From: Ruditapes philippinarum | Taxonomy: Eukaryota | Assembly: GCF_026571515.1 (NCBI RefSeq) | Contig: NW_026860215.1 | Location: forward strand, 1 to 64,000 | Reading direction: 5' to 3' | DNA: 64,000 nt | Shown here: piece after piece, positions 36,782-50,282 of the stretch | Layout of the letters: each line of letters begins with the position of its first letter | Position numbering within the stretch: position 1 is the stretch's first letter | Notes under the pieces: model-generated | Told to the model about the DNA's origin: nothing | What the model saw: only the letters and a program-made list of their open reading frames with translations | Database searches by the model: none | Position numbers and translations under genes: made by a program

Positions 36782-37123
36782 AGGGACTCCACTGAGGTTT
36801 AAAAGCCTAAAAACATAACATTTGAATTTCTTACATAAATGAGCTTGGGCACTTTAGACAAGAAATATATGCAAAGATAGTTAAGAAATATACTTTGAAA
36901 TAATTGAAAATCGTATTTATATGCTTTTCTTAGTCCGATTTGAGTGAAAAGCGTTTAATGGGTCATTTATTTACAATGTGGATAATTATTCTGGAAAAAA
37001 CGGAGTGCGCGAATGATCTGAAATTTGCACAAAGATGACAGGTCTAAACCTTCATCAAATGGTACATTTATATGGAGAAAAAATTTCAGTCCCATCTTAT
37101 CAAAAAACCTCAGTGGAGTCCCT
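36782..37123. mobile_element. TTAA-flanked MITE family B (Kolobok-like) in the GPCR intron
   Basis: TTAA|AGGGACTCCACTGAGGTTT ... AAACCTCAGTGGAGTCCCT|CTAA; perfect 19-bp TIRs. Confidence 0.88.
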
Positions 37124-37284
37124 CTAAGATATGTTTACATCGTGAAATAGTTATAAAAAGGAAGCCTTCTCAAGTTTATAAAAAGTAAAACTAAAAATTA
37201 AGCTTTAGATTGAATATTGAATGAAATTAAAATATACATGTTTCTTTAAATCTAAATTCATTCCGTTTACCATGTTTCTTTCAG

Positions 37285-38318
37285 ATGTACCCACTCCTAT
37301 TATATCTGATTGGGGATTCTGGATAAAGTTTTTATCAACACCGCTAATTGTTCTCGTGGGAATCATTGGTAACAGCCTCTCTCTGATGGTAATGAAGGCG
37401 CCTTCATTGCGTAACAAGAGTTACTCGCATTTTCTCTGTGCGCTGGCAGTGTTTGACACATTTTCACTCCTCATCCGCCAGATCGAAAGTATCGACGAAT
37501 ATTATGTATTCCATTCTGCAAAACCTGGAGTATTTCAAAACTTTAACAGCTTAAGTTGTAAAATGTATAACTACATCGCTCATGTGATAACTTTAATGAG
37601 TTCTTGGTTGGTTGTACTAATGGCCGTAGAAAGACTCATAGCCGTTTGTTTTCCGTTTAAGAACGCAGTGTTGAGGAAACAGAATGGAGCTTTGATTGCA
37701 ATATGTGTGCTTTTATGCATTGTTCTTTTGAGTCAATCATTCCGTTTCATTATCATTGAGCACCTCCTGTACGATCAGAAATTCGAGATTTGGGATTGCC
37801 TTGCAGGGCATGACTTCATCGAACTATACACAAGCCTCGACATTTATTTCTTTCAGTGGGCATTGGTGTTTGTTTTTCCAGTAGTCTTGATTAGCGTTTG
37901 CAACAGTATGGTCATCTATCAAATTTTGAAAGTAAAGAAAGATGTGAATAGAGAGGAAGAATATCTAACACGTGCAGACAACAGTGGTGCTAGAAAGAAG
38001 ACGCGCAGTACCAGGATGCTGCTAATTTTGACATTCACCTATATGCTTACGCTGTTACCAGTGTTCTCTTTAACTTTAATTGTGGATTTATCAATAAAAT
38101 TCAGCAATATTTCAACAGCCCGCAATGTGTACCTTACACTCACGCCATATATAGACGTAGGCGTAGCTATTTCACTGATGAATTATGCTGTTAACTTCTT
38201 CATCTATGTTCTTTCAGGTAAACGGTTTCGATTTGAACTTAAGCGTCTCTTCAGACGCCGCCGTCGAAACAGGCCAAGTATTAAAAGGACGGCTACAGTT
38301 AAAAGTACACGCGTGTAA
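37285..38318 (+). CDS. Class A (rhodopsin-like) peptide GPCR, FMRFamide-receptor-like group, main exon (spliced product 374 aa)
   Basis: Seven hydrophobic segments with GIIGN (TM1), LAVFD (TM2), C...SSWLVVLMAVERLIAVCFPF (TM3), FVFP (TM5), LLP (TM6) and NYAVNFFIY...RFR (TM7/H8). Acceptor tgtttctttcAG at 37284. Confidence 0.93.
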
Positions 38319-41300
38319 AGAGGGGCGTGAGAATACAAACAAAACTTCTCAAAAATAGCTTTCACAAAGATCTCAAATGTTTAAATTGTTCAATAAGTAT
38401 ATAAAACGCTGATATTTCTAATTTACTGCTGCAAGACAAGCATGAAAGATAAACATTCCAATGTGATTTTCATCTAATGAAATTGACAAAATAAGACAAG
38501 CTTCTGTGGAAAACTTTGTCGAGCAATCAGGTTTTATTAAAAAGTATTTAAAACAATTAAAATTGATTAGTTAAAAAGGTGAATACCATGCTTTTATTCG
38601 GTCGAAATTTAATTTTACTTTTAATTAGAAATAACCAGCTATATATGATTTTATTTTGAATTCCGGATAAGAACATGTTCCGTTCAATACTTTACCACAG
38701 CTTCCGGTTCTGTTAATGACATAATTTGAGCTGGTCGTGCCAATGTTATAGGAGTGTATAATTTGTACATCATAAATGTCTAGAGTCAGCTAATTGCCTG
38801 ATATTTTCTAGAAGGATAGGATGGTGAAATGTCACGTCTCTGCCTAATTTGGTTCAGTTCACGTTCCTGTCGCCGATAAAGAAATGAGCTATCATAATTT
38901 TTCAGATTGTAAAATAATATATTGTCCGTTGATTTGAGGCAATCAGAAAGATAGCCATACGAGAGTAATACTTTCTTAAAAAAGAAACTGCTGGAGTTAC
39001 TTGTTACATTTTTTATTCCTTAATTTCCGAACGATATGGAAGGATTTTATGTTATTTAGTCCCATAAAAGCGGAGATCTCTGGGATGTCATAGTATCAAA
39101 AAACCTAGGTGACTTTGCAGGACCTGTTCAGATTAGCGTAGAGATTGTTTCTAATACCCAGTTTATGCATTTTATCTTCATCAATAAAAGTACTTTGATT
39201 TCATAGTCCAAGTTGCCATGCATACAACACGTTTGTCGACTTATGACGGGTAAAGTGTTAATGTCTTCCTCTTTCTTATCATTTAAAATCATGAGTTCTT
39301 ATACTTTATTGTTTTGAAGATTGAAGATATAATAGTTCTCGGTGGTATGGGGTGTGAGATGTGGCACTTTACATTATCAAACATAATCTGAAGTGTTCAT
39401 GTTATTGCTCCGCAGGAACTCCTCTTTTCCATTTTTACAGCATGATGTCATAAGGCTGTTAGAATCAAACTATCGATCGCCCTAGGTTGTCTTTCAATCG
39501 CCTTATTGCAACCAACATTATTAAATTACCAACATTATGAAATTATGGTATTTAACGTATGTCCTTTCAAGTTCTCATTTACAACTGCCTAAAATAAAGC
39601 GATGCAGGACCTATTTTTTTTTGCTGAAGAAATATGACGAAAATCCGTGATAGGGCTTCCGCCCGGAGCATGTTGATCTTAATGTTCATATTCCAAAAGG
39701 AACCATTGGCAACAATGAGAATATGTATTACTATGTGGTATCCATTTTTAACACAATACTAGTAATTTAAATGTTTTTTCTGTTTATTATAAAAAGAATA
39801 TATACAAACAAGTTGGTAAAAATAAAAACAGTTTGTCTCTCTATACATGTTTATTTACCTCAATAAAAGTGTTTACGAAAGGTCTTTTGTCAAGAAATGT
39901 ATGTATGGGTTTCGAGTTAATGATAATCCTATTTAATACCATTAGATATTATCATTCAGTCAGACGTATAAAGTTAAACTCTTAGAAAATTAGGGAAAAG
40001 ATAAAAAAAGGCAAGGCGACGTTCACTGAATGCAGCCCGCGACACAATCAAGCCAAATCAGCTGGGCACCCAGACGGCATCTTAACCTACTAAAAGTGTT
40101 TACTAAACTTGTACAGCTACCATTTGTATCATCAGTTTTTGGGTATTATATCGAAATAAAAATTTGAAGTTGGTCAGTCAACAGTGTAGAGTTTGGTGAA
40201 CTGCAAGTATGCAGGAAGTAATTTGGACCTCAACGAGCTAAAAAGTTATCTCCATACGCCCCTAATCAGCCCCCAAAAAATAAAAATGTCTCAGCTGCAA
40301 TTTCAGTCCGTAAAATGTTCATCGGCTTACTGATTGGTGATTAAAACGCTAGGAGACCTTCAGCGCGAACTGTGTATTATCTTTGAGATAACATTTATGT
40401 TAGACAAATTGCTTTTACAACTATATCATCTATCTTCTAAGCTATGTCTTTATGGAAGTTCTTTCGGAAACACAATGCATTTTTACAGGAGAATACTGGA
40501 TCAAATAATTTGTATGTCTGAATGTCTGTAAATTTTTAATACAACAATAAAATACTACAATATTTCCACGTTGACTTACTAGGAAAATCGTAAAAGCAAT
40601 TAACAACCGCTAGTAACGTAAAAGCTTTCTTGCTTGTTTTAAAATGGAACTACTTTTCTTTCGTTCAGCTGGTGACTTTATCACTAATGATTTTAACAGT
40701 GCTGAAATATCAATGTCACGTTAAATAAATTCAGCACGAAAACACTATTCTGACTTTGATTGTAAGGTTATTTTAACTGGACATCTAAAAATATTAATAA
40801 TTGTTATACAATATCTTTTAAAGTGTAAATTAAACATCTTTTGATACACACAGGGAAGACACTCTACACACAAGATGAATAGGTTTACTTAAAGTTACTA
40901 AAAACTAAACTTGTATTTTTATAATTTATTACCAGGATTAAATACCTTGGCGAGCATAGAGGAATGCAGTTTCCCAAACATACTAACTGCATTTGTCTAT
41001 TCTAATTAGACATGGTACAGTAAGAATAACACTGACTTTAATAAATTGCTGCAATGAAAGTATTTTACCCTTGTATAAGCATATCCAAAAATGAAATATT
41101 TGTTGAGATTAATAAAAAAACTAGTGTAACAATGTTTGTTTGTGCGTCCCTTTTAAAGAACTTTGGTATGGAAGGGGATGGGAGGTCTCCTTCGGCAGGT
41201 AGTGTTCATTACGACATCCAATATTGTTGTAAAATGCCCGTATGGTTTATGAGTTACAGTGCACTGAACTTAATATTTTTCGCTAAAGGTGTAAAGAAGG

Positions 41301-41837
41301 CCAGATAACTCCAAATCGGGGACTCCCATTTTCTTTCGTTTAAATGTTTCCGTTATCATAAAAAATATAATAAATTATTTTATAAAATTCAAAACAGTTT
41401 TCATTATGCTATTTTTAGCATGGACATCATTGGTCCAATAACTTATAGTGGGTAATGTGTTTGGATACTTCTTAAGCTGCTGATAGATGGTGCCAGAAAT
41501 ATTTCACAACCCTTTGCTCTGTAATTAACAAACTTAACTAAAAACTATTTTTTATTTCACACGGTATAATGCAATAGTTTTCTTTTGAAAGTGAATTGGT
41601 CTACAATGAGTACATTTTCTATAAGTATTTCAAATAATTATAATTGATAAAAAAGAAGAAAAAAAAACCATAATCTGACTGTTATAAAATGATAAAATTT
41701 TGTATGTTAAATTTGATCATGTATCTCACCCTTACCTTTAACATCCATATATAATAATCTATTGATATTTTGTAATGGAAAAACCATCAACGTTCTTATT
41801 TGTTGTTATAATCTTAAAACTAAAGATTCATTTTCTT

Positions 41838-42175
41838 ATAGGTGTATGCTTCTAGATGAGCCAATATCTTTAGGAAAATCTGAATATTAAGAGAAAGTAA
41901 AAAAAAATAAAAATCTAGTAATAATTTACATGCTGTGTACGATTAATGAGTGATTCTGCATTATTTATCACCATTTTTTACTGTGTTACTAACGCAGTAA
42001 GCGCTATTTGTGTATATTTTGACCTCCTTTTTGGTAATAAATTGATAAGCAGAATCGAAATGGGGTTTGCATAGCGTTAATTATTTTCTCTGATTTCTTC
42101 ACAATCTTTAACTTGTGAGTACATTTTCAAAATTTTCATGAAAATTATCATCATAGAATCTGGAGGGGTGCTGCT
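41838..42175. mobile_element. Second, diverged copy of TTAA MITE family A
   Basis: Shares gttactaacgcagtaag, ttttgacct and the end gaatctggagg.gtgctgct|ttaa with 26950-27296; left end eroded. Confidence 0.75.
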
Positions 42176-42414
42176 TTAATATAGATCGAATGGTTAATAT
42201 TAGTTTATACAATTGACAAAACATTTAAACACTCTCAAAGATCGCTTATTTATGAAAATATGTGCTAATGAAAACTGAAAGACAAAAGTCTGCACCAAAA
42301 TCGACAGAATATATCAGTCAGTCAAAATGTAGAGAGTTTTATAATAAGAATGCAATAAATTAAAATTTAGCGTGAGGAATTGGGAGGCAAGAAGACAAGC
42401 CAATACATTTTGTT

Positions 42415-43748
42415 ATGGAAAGCCTTGACTATCTTATGATTGTAAAAATGAACGTTGTTGTGTCACTCTTTCTTTATACGATGTGCACTCATAAATATAT
42501 TATGTGGATGCATCCTTATATGAATTCAACTGAACAATATATGATGTCAATGTGTCTTTAAATGATGTCGACCAATCATTATACGATGTGCATTTATGAA
42601 TATATGATGTGGTAGAATCATTATATACAGTCAACTTATCAATATATTATGTCAATCTTTCATTATACGATGTGCATCTATTAGTATACGACCGCTGCTT
42701 TATATGAAGTGCAATCATCATTATATGGTGTGCTTCTGTCATTATACTGATGGGGTTAAATTTACCGGGTTATATCTTACTATGCGCCGTTCGTGGCAAC
42801 AGCGGGAAAACTCAAAGTAAATTAAATCATATAGTGTTAAGCTGACTCTATATAAAGACAATTCTACATACTATAGTGTTGTTTTGACTCTATATAAGAA
42901 TGGTTCCACATAATATATTCGTAATTGCACATCATATAATGAAAAACTGACATCATATAAGGACGTGTTGACATCATATAATGTTAAGTTGACTCTAGAT
43001 AAAGATGGTTTCACATAATATATTTATTAATGCACATCGTATAATGAAAGATTGGCATCATATAAGGACGTGTTGACATCATATATTGTAAAGTTGACTC
43101 TATATAAAGACGGTTCTACTTAATATATTTGTAATTGCACATCATATAATGAAAGACTGACATCATATAAGGACATATTCACATCATATATTGTTAAGTT
43201 GACTCTATATAAGGATGGTTTAACATAATATATTGAAAAATGTACATCGTATAATGAAAGATTGACATCATATAAGGACGTGTTGACATCATATATTGTT
43301 AAGTTCACTCTATATAAGGATGGTTTCACATAATATACTCAAAAATGCACATCGTATAATGAGAGAATGACATTATATAAGGACGCGTTGACATCATATA
43401 ATGTTGACTCTATATAAGAATAGTTCAACATAAAATATTCATAACTTCACATCATATATAACAGACTGACATCATATAAGGACAGATTGACATCATATAT
43501 TGTTGTTTTGACCTTATATAAGGATGGCTCCACATAATATATTCAAAAATGCACAACGTATAATGATAGATTGACATCATATAAAGACACGTTGACATCA
43601 TATATTGTTCAGTTGACTACATATAACGATGGGTCCACATAATATATTAATGAGTGCACATTGTATAAGGAAAGGTTGACTCAATATATTGCTATATGGA
43701 CATAACAACGTTTAGGTTTATAATTATAAGACAGTCAAGGCTTTCCAT
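42415..43748. mobile_element. TIR element with inverted 21-bp/105-bp subterminal arrays (foldback-like)
   Basis: ATGGAAAGCCTTGACT.TCTTAT ... ATAAGA.AGTCAAGGCTTTCCAT. Flanks attttgtt / attttgta (7 of 8 match). The 21-bp units (gacatcatata...) run in opposite orientation on the left (~42470-42750) and right (~42830-43690). Confidence 0.85.
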
Positions 43749-45114
43749 ATTTTGTACTGTTAAACCACATTCTGTAGTAAATTCTCATGATAACCGCAAT
43801 CCGAAATAGAATTAGCAAGAAATGTTTACGAATTAAATAAACGGGAAATGCTCCCTGTCTTGGATAGAGAAAACTATGTGTATGAATAAGAAATAGAAAA
43901 ATATAAAACTAAATAAAATTTAATGTAATAAACCAAAAACGCATTAGGAAGTCTGGGTTTAATGTATTGCGTTAATAAAATCATAGAGGAGATACTCTCG
44001 CAATAATATATCATGAGTTGAATTAATTTACAAACTTTTAAGCTTCTATTTCCTTATTTATACACACCATGCATTGCTATATGTAATGTCACGGATTATT
44101 TTTATAGGAAAGCAATTAATACAAATGCATTTTGTTTTAAAATTTGTTATGAAAAACATATTTCTGGTTTTAATTTCTTGATGCTATTTAATCACAACAT
44201 AAACCTTTTATAAACTTTTTAGATAGCATATACATTTACTTTTCACCTTAATTATGGGTTTCTATGCTGTTTCTTCTAGAAAGGGGGAACATGTATCGTT
44301 CCTGATTAGCTTTATTGCAATAATTGAATCAACACTTTAGTCAAGACTGCCTTGGTAATTCAATTTAAACTACGTTTATACATTTATTATTTACCTATTA
44401 CAGGGGAATGTCGTATAATAGATAGGGTGATTTTTAAAAACAGATACATTGGAACATGCATCTTGCTGACGTTCTGATGAATCTAAAAAAATTCAAATAC
44501 AATCAAAAGTCTCCTAGTTAATATTTGCCAATATTTCGGCCGAAGTAGATTACTCTCTGTGCCTTAATCAACAAATATGTGTACAACATTTTTAGAAAAA
44601 AATAAATTACTTAAAAGTATTCATTTGTTCGTGTTGGACTTAAAGTCAAACCGAAACTGTATAATTAATGTAATATGTGGTTATTCGCCTTTATGAAAAC
44701 AAACATATTTGAGACGTTATTCCCTTTCTTTTTCATACAATTATCAATTTTTAAAGTCTTTATAAAAAAAACTACCCACAGGTATTCAGGAAAATGTGCA
44801 TGTGTCGGGTTGCAATAATTAAATTAACCAACATGATTCCATGTAACACACTTGGCAGATTACACCTTTCAAATTACAGTTAAGTTCACATGCTTATATT
44901 CATTAGAAATATTAAACTTGCAGGGTTACAAATTATATCCATCAGTTAAAAGTGTCAGGGAAACAGCATGTAACATGAAACGTATATCTATGAGAGGACT
45001 GTTAATTCGAACTGACACCAATGTTGTTAACATAACAGTATATGTTTGTTTAACAATTTGTATTGTTAACTTTATATAACTTTATTATATATATCTTTCA
45101 TTTATCCGGTAATT

Positions 45115-45648
45115 CTGCATTAAATCAAATACTTACAATGTAAATCATTTCATTACACCTGCATTAAATTATGCCCTTACAGTGTAAATCATTTTATTAC
45201 ACCTGCATTAAATATATGCACTTACAGTGTAAATCATTTCATTACACCTGCATTAAATTATGCACTTACAGTGTAAATCATTTCATTACACCTGCATTAA
45301 ATTATGCACTTACAGTGTAAATCATTTCATTACACCTGCATTAAATTATGCACTTACAGTGTAAATCATTTCATTACACCTGCATTAAATTATGCACTCA
45401 CAGTGTAAATCATTTCATTATACCTGATTTAAATTATGCAATTAAAGTGTAAATCATTTCATTACACCTGCATTAAATTATGCACTCACAGTGTAAATCA
45501 TTTCATTATACCTGATTTAAATTATGCAATTAAAGTGTAAATCATTTCATTACACCTGCATTAAATTATGCACTTAGTTATACAGTGTAAATCACTTCAT
45601 TACACCTGCATTAAATTATGCACTTACAGTATAAATCATTTCATTACT
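45115..45648 (+). repeat. 44-bp minisatellite, about 12 copies
   Basis: Unit CACTTACAGTGTAAATCATTTCATTACACCTGCATTAAATTATG. Confidence 0.97.
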
Positions 45649-47117
45649 GCACTACTCTATGTTTGAATTATTGTCACATCAGTATTATATGATTTCTTTT
45701 ACCTTAGGTGTGTTAAATTGAATAAAAATCACGCCATAATCACTGCTGTTATTTCACATTTTTAAATTTAAATTTTACCGCCAAGATTGGTTTGTAAAAA
45801 CACTTATGGTTATTTTGGACTCTTTATCAAATAAACTCTTACGTGCAACTATTTTGTAATAACAAAGAAACTTAAATAATATAGATTTATGCAGAACAAC
45901 AATGTTTTACTTACCTATATCATAGTCCAGACATCCTATATTTAGACAAAAAGTATGATAAATGTAATTTGAAAAAGTCTATTAACTTAAACAGACGCCA
46001 ATTAGTGATGTTTTTTTGTATTTAGTTGATAAAAAGGATTGCCGGAAAATACTATGATTTCATTCTAAAGCTGAATAAAATTACTTTCTAAAATCTTGTT
46101 TGAGATGGGAAAAGTAAGTGCTAGGTAATAGTTTGTAGTTTAAAAAGTACCTATTACGCGGCAGCATTTGCTATTGTTGAATACTTTGTCAGCTTGTTGG
46201 AAATTTACGTGGAATATAAAGCGCCGTTTGCAATTATAAGTAAATTAATTTCTTATTCACTTCACAGTTTACTTTTTAAAAGATTTTTATGAAAATCAGC
46301 ACGAATTTGGGGGCATGCTGTTTGAAGTCCGACTGTGATAGAAAAGCCAGAGGTTTATTTAGACATTTCCAAAATTGGCTATTTAAAATGGTTTCATGTG
46401 AGGTCACATAAGTAAATATGGTCGTGCTGCCAGAATAGCTCATACCCGCGAACCCTGAATCTTAGCTACAAGGCACAGTATTTTTTTAAGCATAATCATA
46501 TCAAAGGCAAAATATGCATCGGAAACGACAAAAAAGTTCTTTTTTCTGCGAGGGCATAAATGAGTTTCTGAGCGTATAAATAATGGTTTAAGAGTATGTA
46601 AGAAACTTATCAAATTGCGAAATTATCAAGCTGGTCTAATTGTCAAAAGAATACAGAAGGAATATAGGTAATTTGCAAATGAGTACTTTTATTACTATAA
46701 AATTGTACTAAAAATATGAAAACGCTTTCAAGAAATAAAAATTAAAGCACTTCTAGGCAAAAATTGACCTTTAATTTAAGCTTGTAAAATATGATAACGC
46801 ATACAAATAACGGGAATTGAAATTGATGTATTTGTCAATAAAGTATATACCTGATACTTGTATACCTTGAAATACATAATGTCAGATAATCAACAGTAAC
46901 ACATTGACACTAAAATCTGATATCTTAACACCTCGCTGTAATTACTCTCCATTTTCAAGAGATCTGAAAAATAATGTTATATAATTATAACGAGTGTAAA
47001 ACAAGTAACAAACACGAAAACGGACAATGATTAAGTGTAACATAATTTTATAGGGTTACATAAACTCTAAATTTTCTTTTATTTCAATGTTAAAATCGTT
47101 GTTTGGTATGGTTTTAA

Positions 47118-47382
47118 ACGGACTCCACTGAGGTTGCTTGACATGACGAGACTGAAAATATTTTATTTAGATTAATGTTCCATTTGATATAGGTCTTGTC
47201 CAGTAACCTGTGTTCGAAATTCCAAATCACTTGCTCATTTCGTTTTCCAGAACAATTATCATAATTGTGCAAAATGACCTAAAATTGAAAAGCGCTGCAA
47301 CTCTTTTCACTCAAATTAGCATTCTGCTTTTAAGGTTCCTGCAAATTTAAAAATTTTAAGATTTGCCTCAGTAGAATCCCTT
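47118..47382. mobile_element. Second copy of TTAA MITE family B, inverted relative to 36782-37123
   Basis: ttaa|acggactccactgaggtt ... cctcagtagaatccctt|ttaa; the interior matches the reverse complement of the intronic copy. Confidence 0.8.
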
Positions 47383-49811
47383 TTAAGGTTAACTGATTGA
47401 GTACTAATATTTTTGTAACTTGTTGAACATTGGGAAGAGCAATATGTTGTAGATCACTACGAAGTTGTAATGTAGGGGGGTTGCTCACACCTTTAACATG
47501 TTTATTTGTTGTAAATTTAGTTTAAGTTTCATCAGACATAGAATAGATTGGCAGTAAATTGTTTGTTTTGTTTGGTTTCACGGCGCACCAGCACAATTTA
47601 GGACTTACGTGTACGAATAAAGTTCTATGACATGGATACTACCGTCTATAAATTTCAGGATTTCTGGTTCATTGAATAATATCTCAACATTGATGTTTTA
47701 CAGACGCGTTTTTTAGATGAATATTTCGTAAGCCTACCGATGTAAGCAAAGCGATTCTTTATCTATAACCAGAACATTTTACGTTTACGTCGTACCGAGG
47801 AAGTATCGTTGTTTACTACTGATATAAACAGTTTATGTATTTGTCAAGCATTCTAGCAAGATACACCTAAGTGTTCCTAATTCACATGACTCTCATTATG
47901 ATGACAGTCTAAACCTTAAATTATAACGTAAAATATTTCGTCTCATATTAAGGAATGTCAATATCGTAATTGGATTGATGTTGGCATCTTATATCATTCC
48001 TGGCGTTTAATATCCTTGTACTGCAGTAAGTGGTCTGACAGATATGTAATTTAGTTAAACATGTTGATATATGTCTACCCCTTGAGGAACAAATCTAGAG
48101 TGGTATGGATTATAGGTAGCCGTAAAGACCCATCACGTTCAAAAACAACAAGCGATGGTTTTATGCAAGAGTAAATATATGGCCAAGGAATGATCAACAA
48201 CACCACGAGAAGGCCGAAGTGAGAAAAATCATACTGCTTTCATAAAATTATTCAAATGTCATCATTCATCTAATTTGTTTAACATCTATTTCTATTTTTT
48301 ATTTTAAACTCAATAGCGTACGCCTCGCAAAATTGGATGATATGCAAATATAAAAATAGATGTACTTTTCCGTAGCAGCCTACATAATTTCTATCTATGG
48401 CAAAACATTAGGTATGTTAGTAATGTTTTCTTCACAAATATATAGAAATTTTAAGTATCATGTGATCCGAAAGAAAATGATTATAATTTTTGAAATATTA
48501 TTTATCACTTTATTGAGCCTTAGGTTGAAACGTCTGGTTCATTTTGTTGTTGCTTCCTTATAAATGTCACGTTGTCAAAGAATGCAAGTGATTTATCAAC
48601 ACGAAGTAACAAATAATTGTTATGTGCAACGCCTTTTAAGTGAAGACTTCCTTCATTAGAATCAAAGTAAGAATCAATAGCATTTCAGATTCTAAAAGAA
48701 CCTCTTATCCTTTGCGGAATATATTACATATTTAAAACGAAGATATATACATTAATTATGTGTTTTATGTAACTATCAATTACGAATATGCAAGGACGAG
48801 AATGTTACGTTAACTTAGTAATATATAGTAAGCACACAAGGGCTTATAGTTAACATTTTGAAAATTTACTATTATGACGAAGTCTCAACAAAGTTTAGGA
48901 CCATTTTCAGGGAAATAACTTAAACATAGTGTGATACACAATAACCACTTAAAACTGCTTAGATCCTCTTCCTCTTACCAATTTTAAATTTAGAAAATTT
49001 CTTCATAGCATATTTAGGTCAGTTGCGATCCTTAAAAGCACATTAAAAAGAAGAAACAAAAACAATGCAAGGCGACGGTGATAGTAATAACACTACTGGG
49101 GAGTTTCAACCGATTACAGGTTCGCCAAACCTCTCTCATAGCCACAGTATGTATATAATGACGCTGTATAAAGGAAATGAATACCTGCCAAGTGAAAGCC
49201 ACAGAAATAAATGTGTGTTGTTCCTTCAAAATAAAGGGCAAACAGGAGTTTCAGAATTGTATTGAGAACATTTTTATGCTTAGAATAGTACCGAATGTGA
49301 AATAATTTGTAATTCAGGTGGTACAGGTTGTGTATTTTGACTTCATTAAATAAACTGCACTTAATTTCAAAATGCACAAATGGCAAAATATGGCTCAGCA
49401 AGGAGCATCGGTTTAGAAACTGTAATAGGACACAAAAAAAACAAAAAAACACAAAGCTTTTGAAATATAAAAGTATTAGCATTTTAAGGCTTAATGGACC
49501 TTTGGGAAATACAAAGTTGCTGTATATATACACATATATTGATATTAATACAGAGGGAAGCAATATAATATTTTGTCTGGTACTTCGATCATTAAAAATC
49601 ACACTAAAAGGCTATAAGTTTGTCAAAGAACGGAACAAGAAATTGACGCCGCTGTTTTGATGCATTTTCTGTTGTGATCTAAATGGAAGAGTCTGGCGCA
49701 CGGTCTACATGTACAATATGTTTTCCGGAATATCGATAGCTGTTACTACGTTTAGTTAATATTTTTTTCGGAAAAACTTAGGGTTGATCAAAAATTAGCA
49801 AATATGTTGAA

Positions 49812-50282
49812 TAGGGGTGTGGATCGTCGGATAAGTGACGATCCGATCCGAACCACGATTCAGCACTTACGATTCACAAATCGAACCACAAATCTTTTGT
49901 TATCAAGACACCCATAAAAACATGTACATGTATTAGTTATAAGAACATGTTGATTAAAAACAAACAACGATACTAAACATTAAACATATAAAATATAAAC
50001 TAGGTTTATGTTTTTATTCTTTGGAAGAGTATTTTTGTTTTGTTTTATGAAATCAATTACTTCCTAGCTCAGCATTATGGTACGGCACCTTGTATTTAGG
50101 TAAACTTCCCATAATTTATACTCAAATCGTATTTTTCTCGATTTTAAGAGTGTTAGAAACAGTGAATGTATATAAAAAAAATTAGATCGCGATACACGAT
50201 CTTTGGGCTTACGAATATTCAAACTCGATTTTTCACTTTGATTCGTGATTATTCGAGTACTCGGATACTCGCCCCAGTCCTA
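49812..50282. mobile_element. hAT-type MITE
   Basis: TAGGGGTGTGG ... CCCCAGTCCTA termini; 8-bp TSD ATGTTGAA/ATGTTAAA; subterminal CGAT(T/C)C repeats. Confidence 0.8.

Noticed and set aside
37221-37284. ORF-track start of the GPCR (MKLKYTCFF...)
   Set aside because: It reads through intron sequence; a consensus acceptor at 37284 and a phase-compatible upstream exon explain the N-terminus better.
49114-49660. 162-aa and 110-aa ORFs
   Set aside because: Composition typical of AT-rich noncoding DNA (F/L/I/K-rich), with no motifs or splice support.
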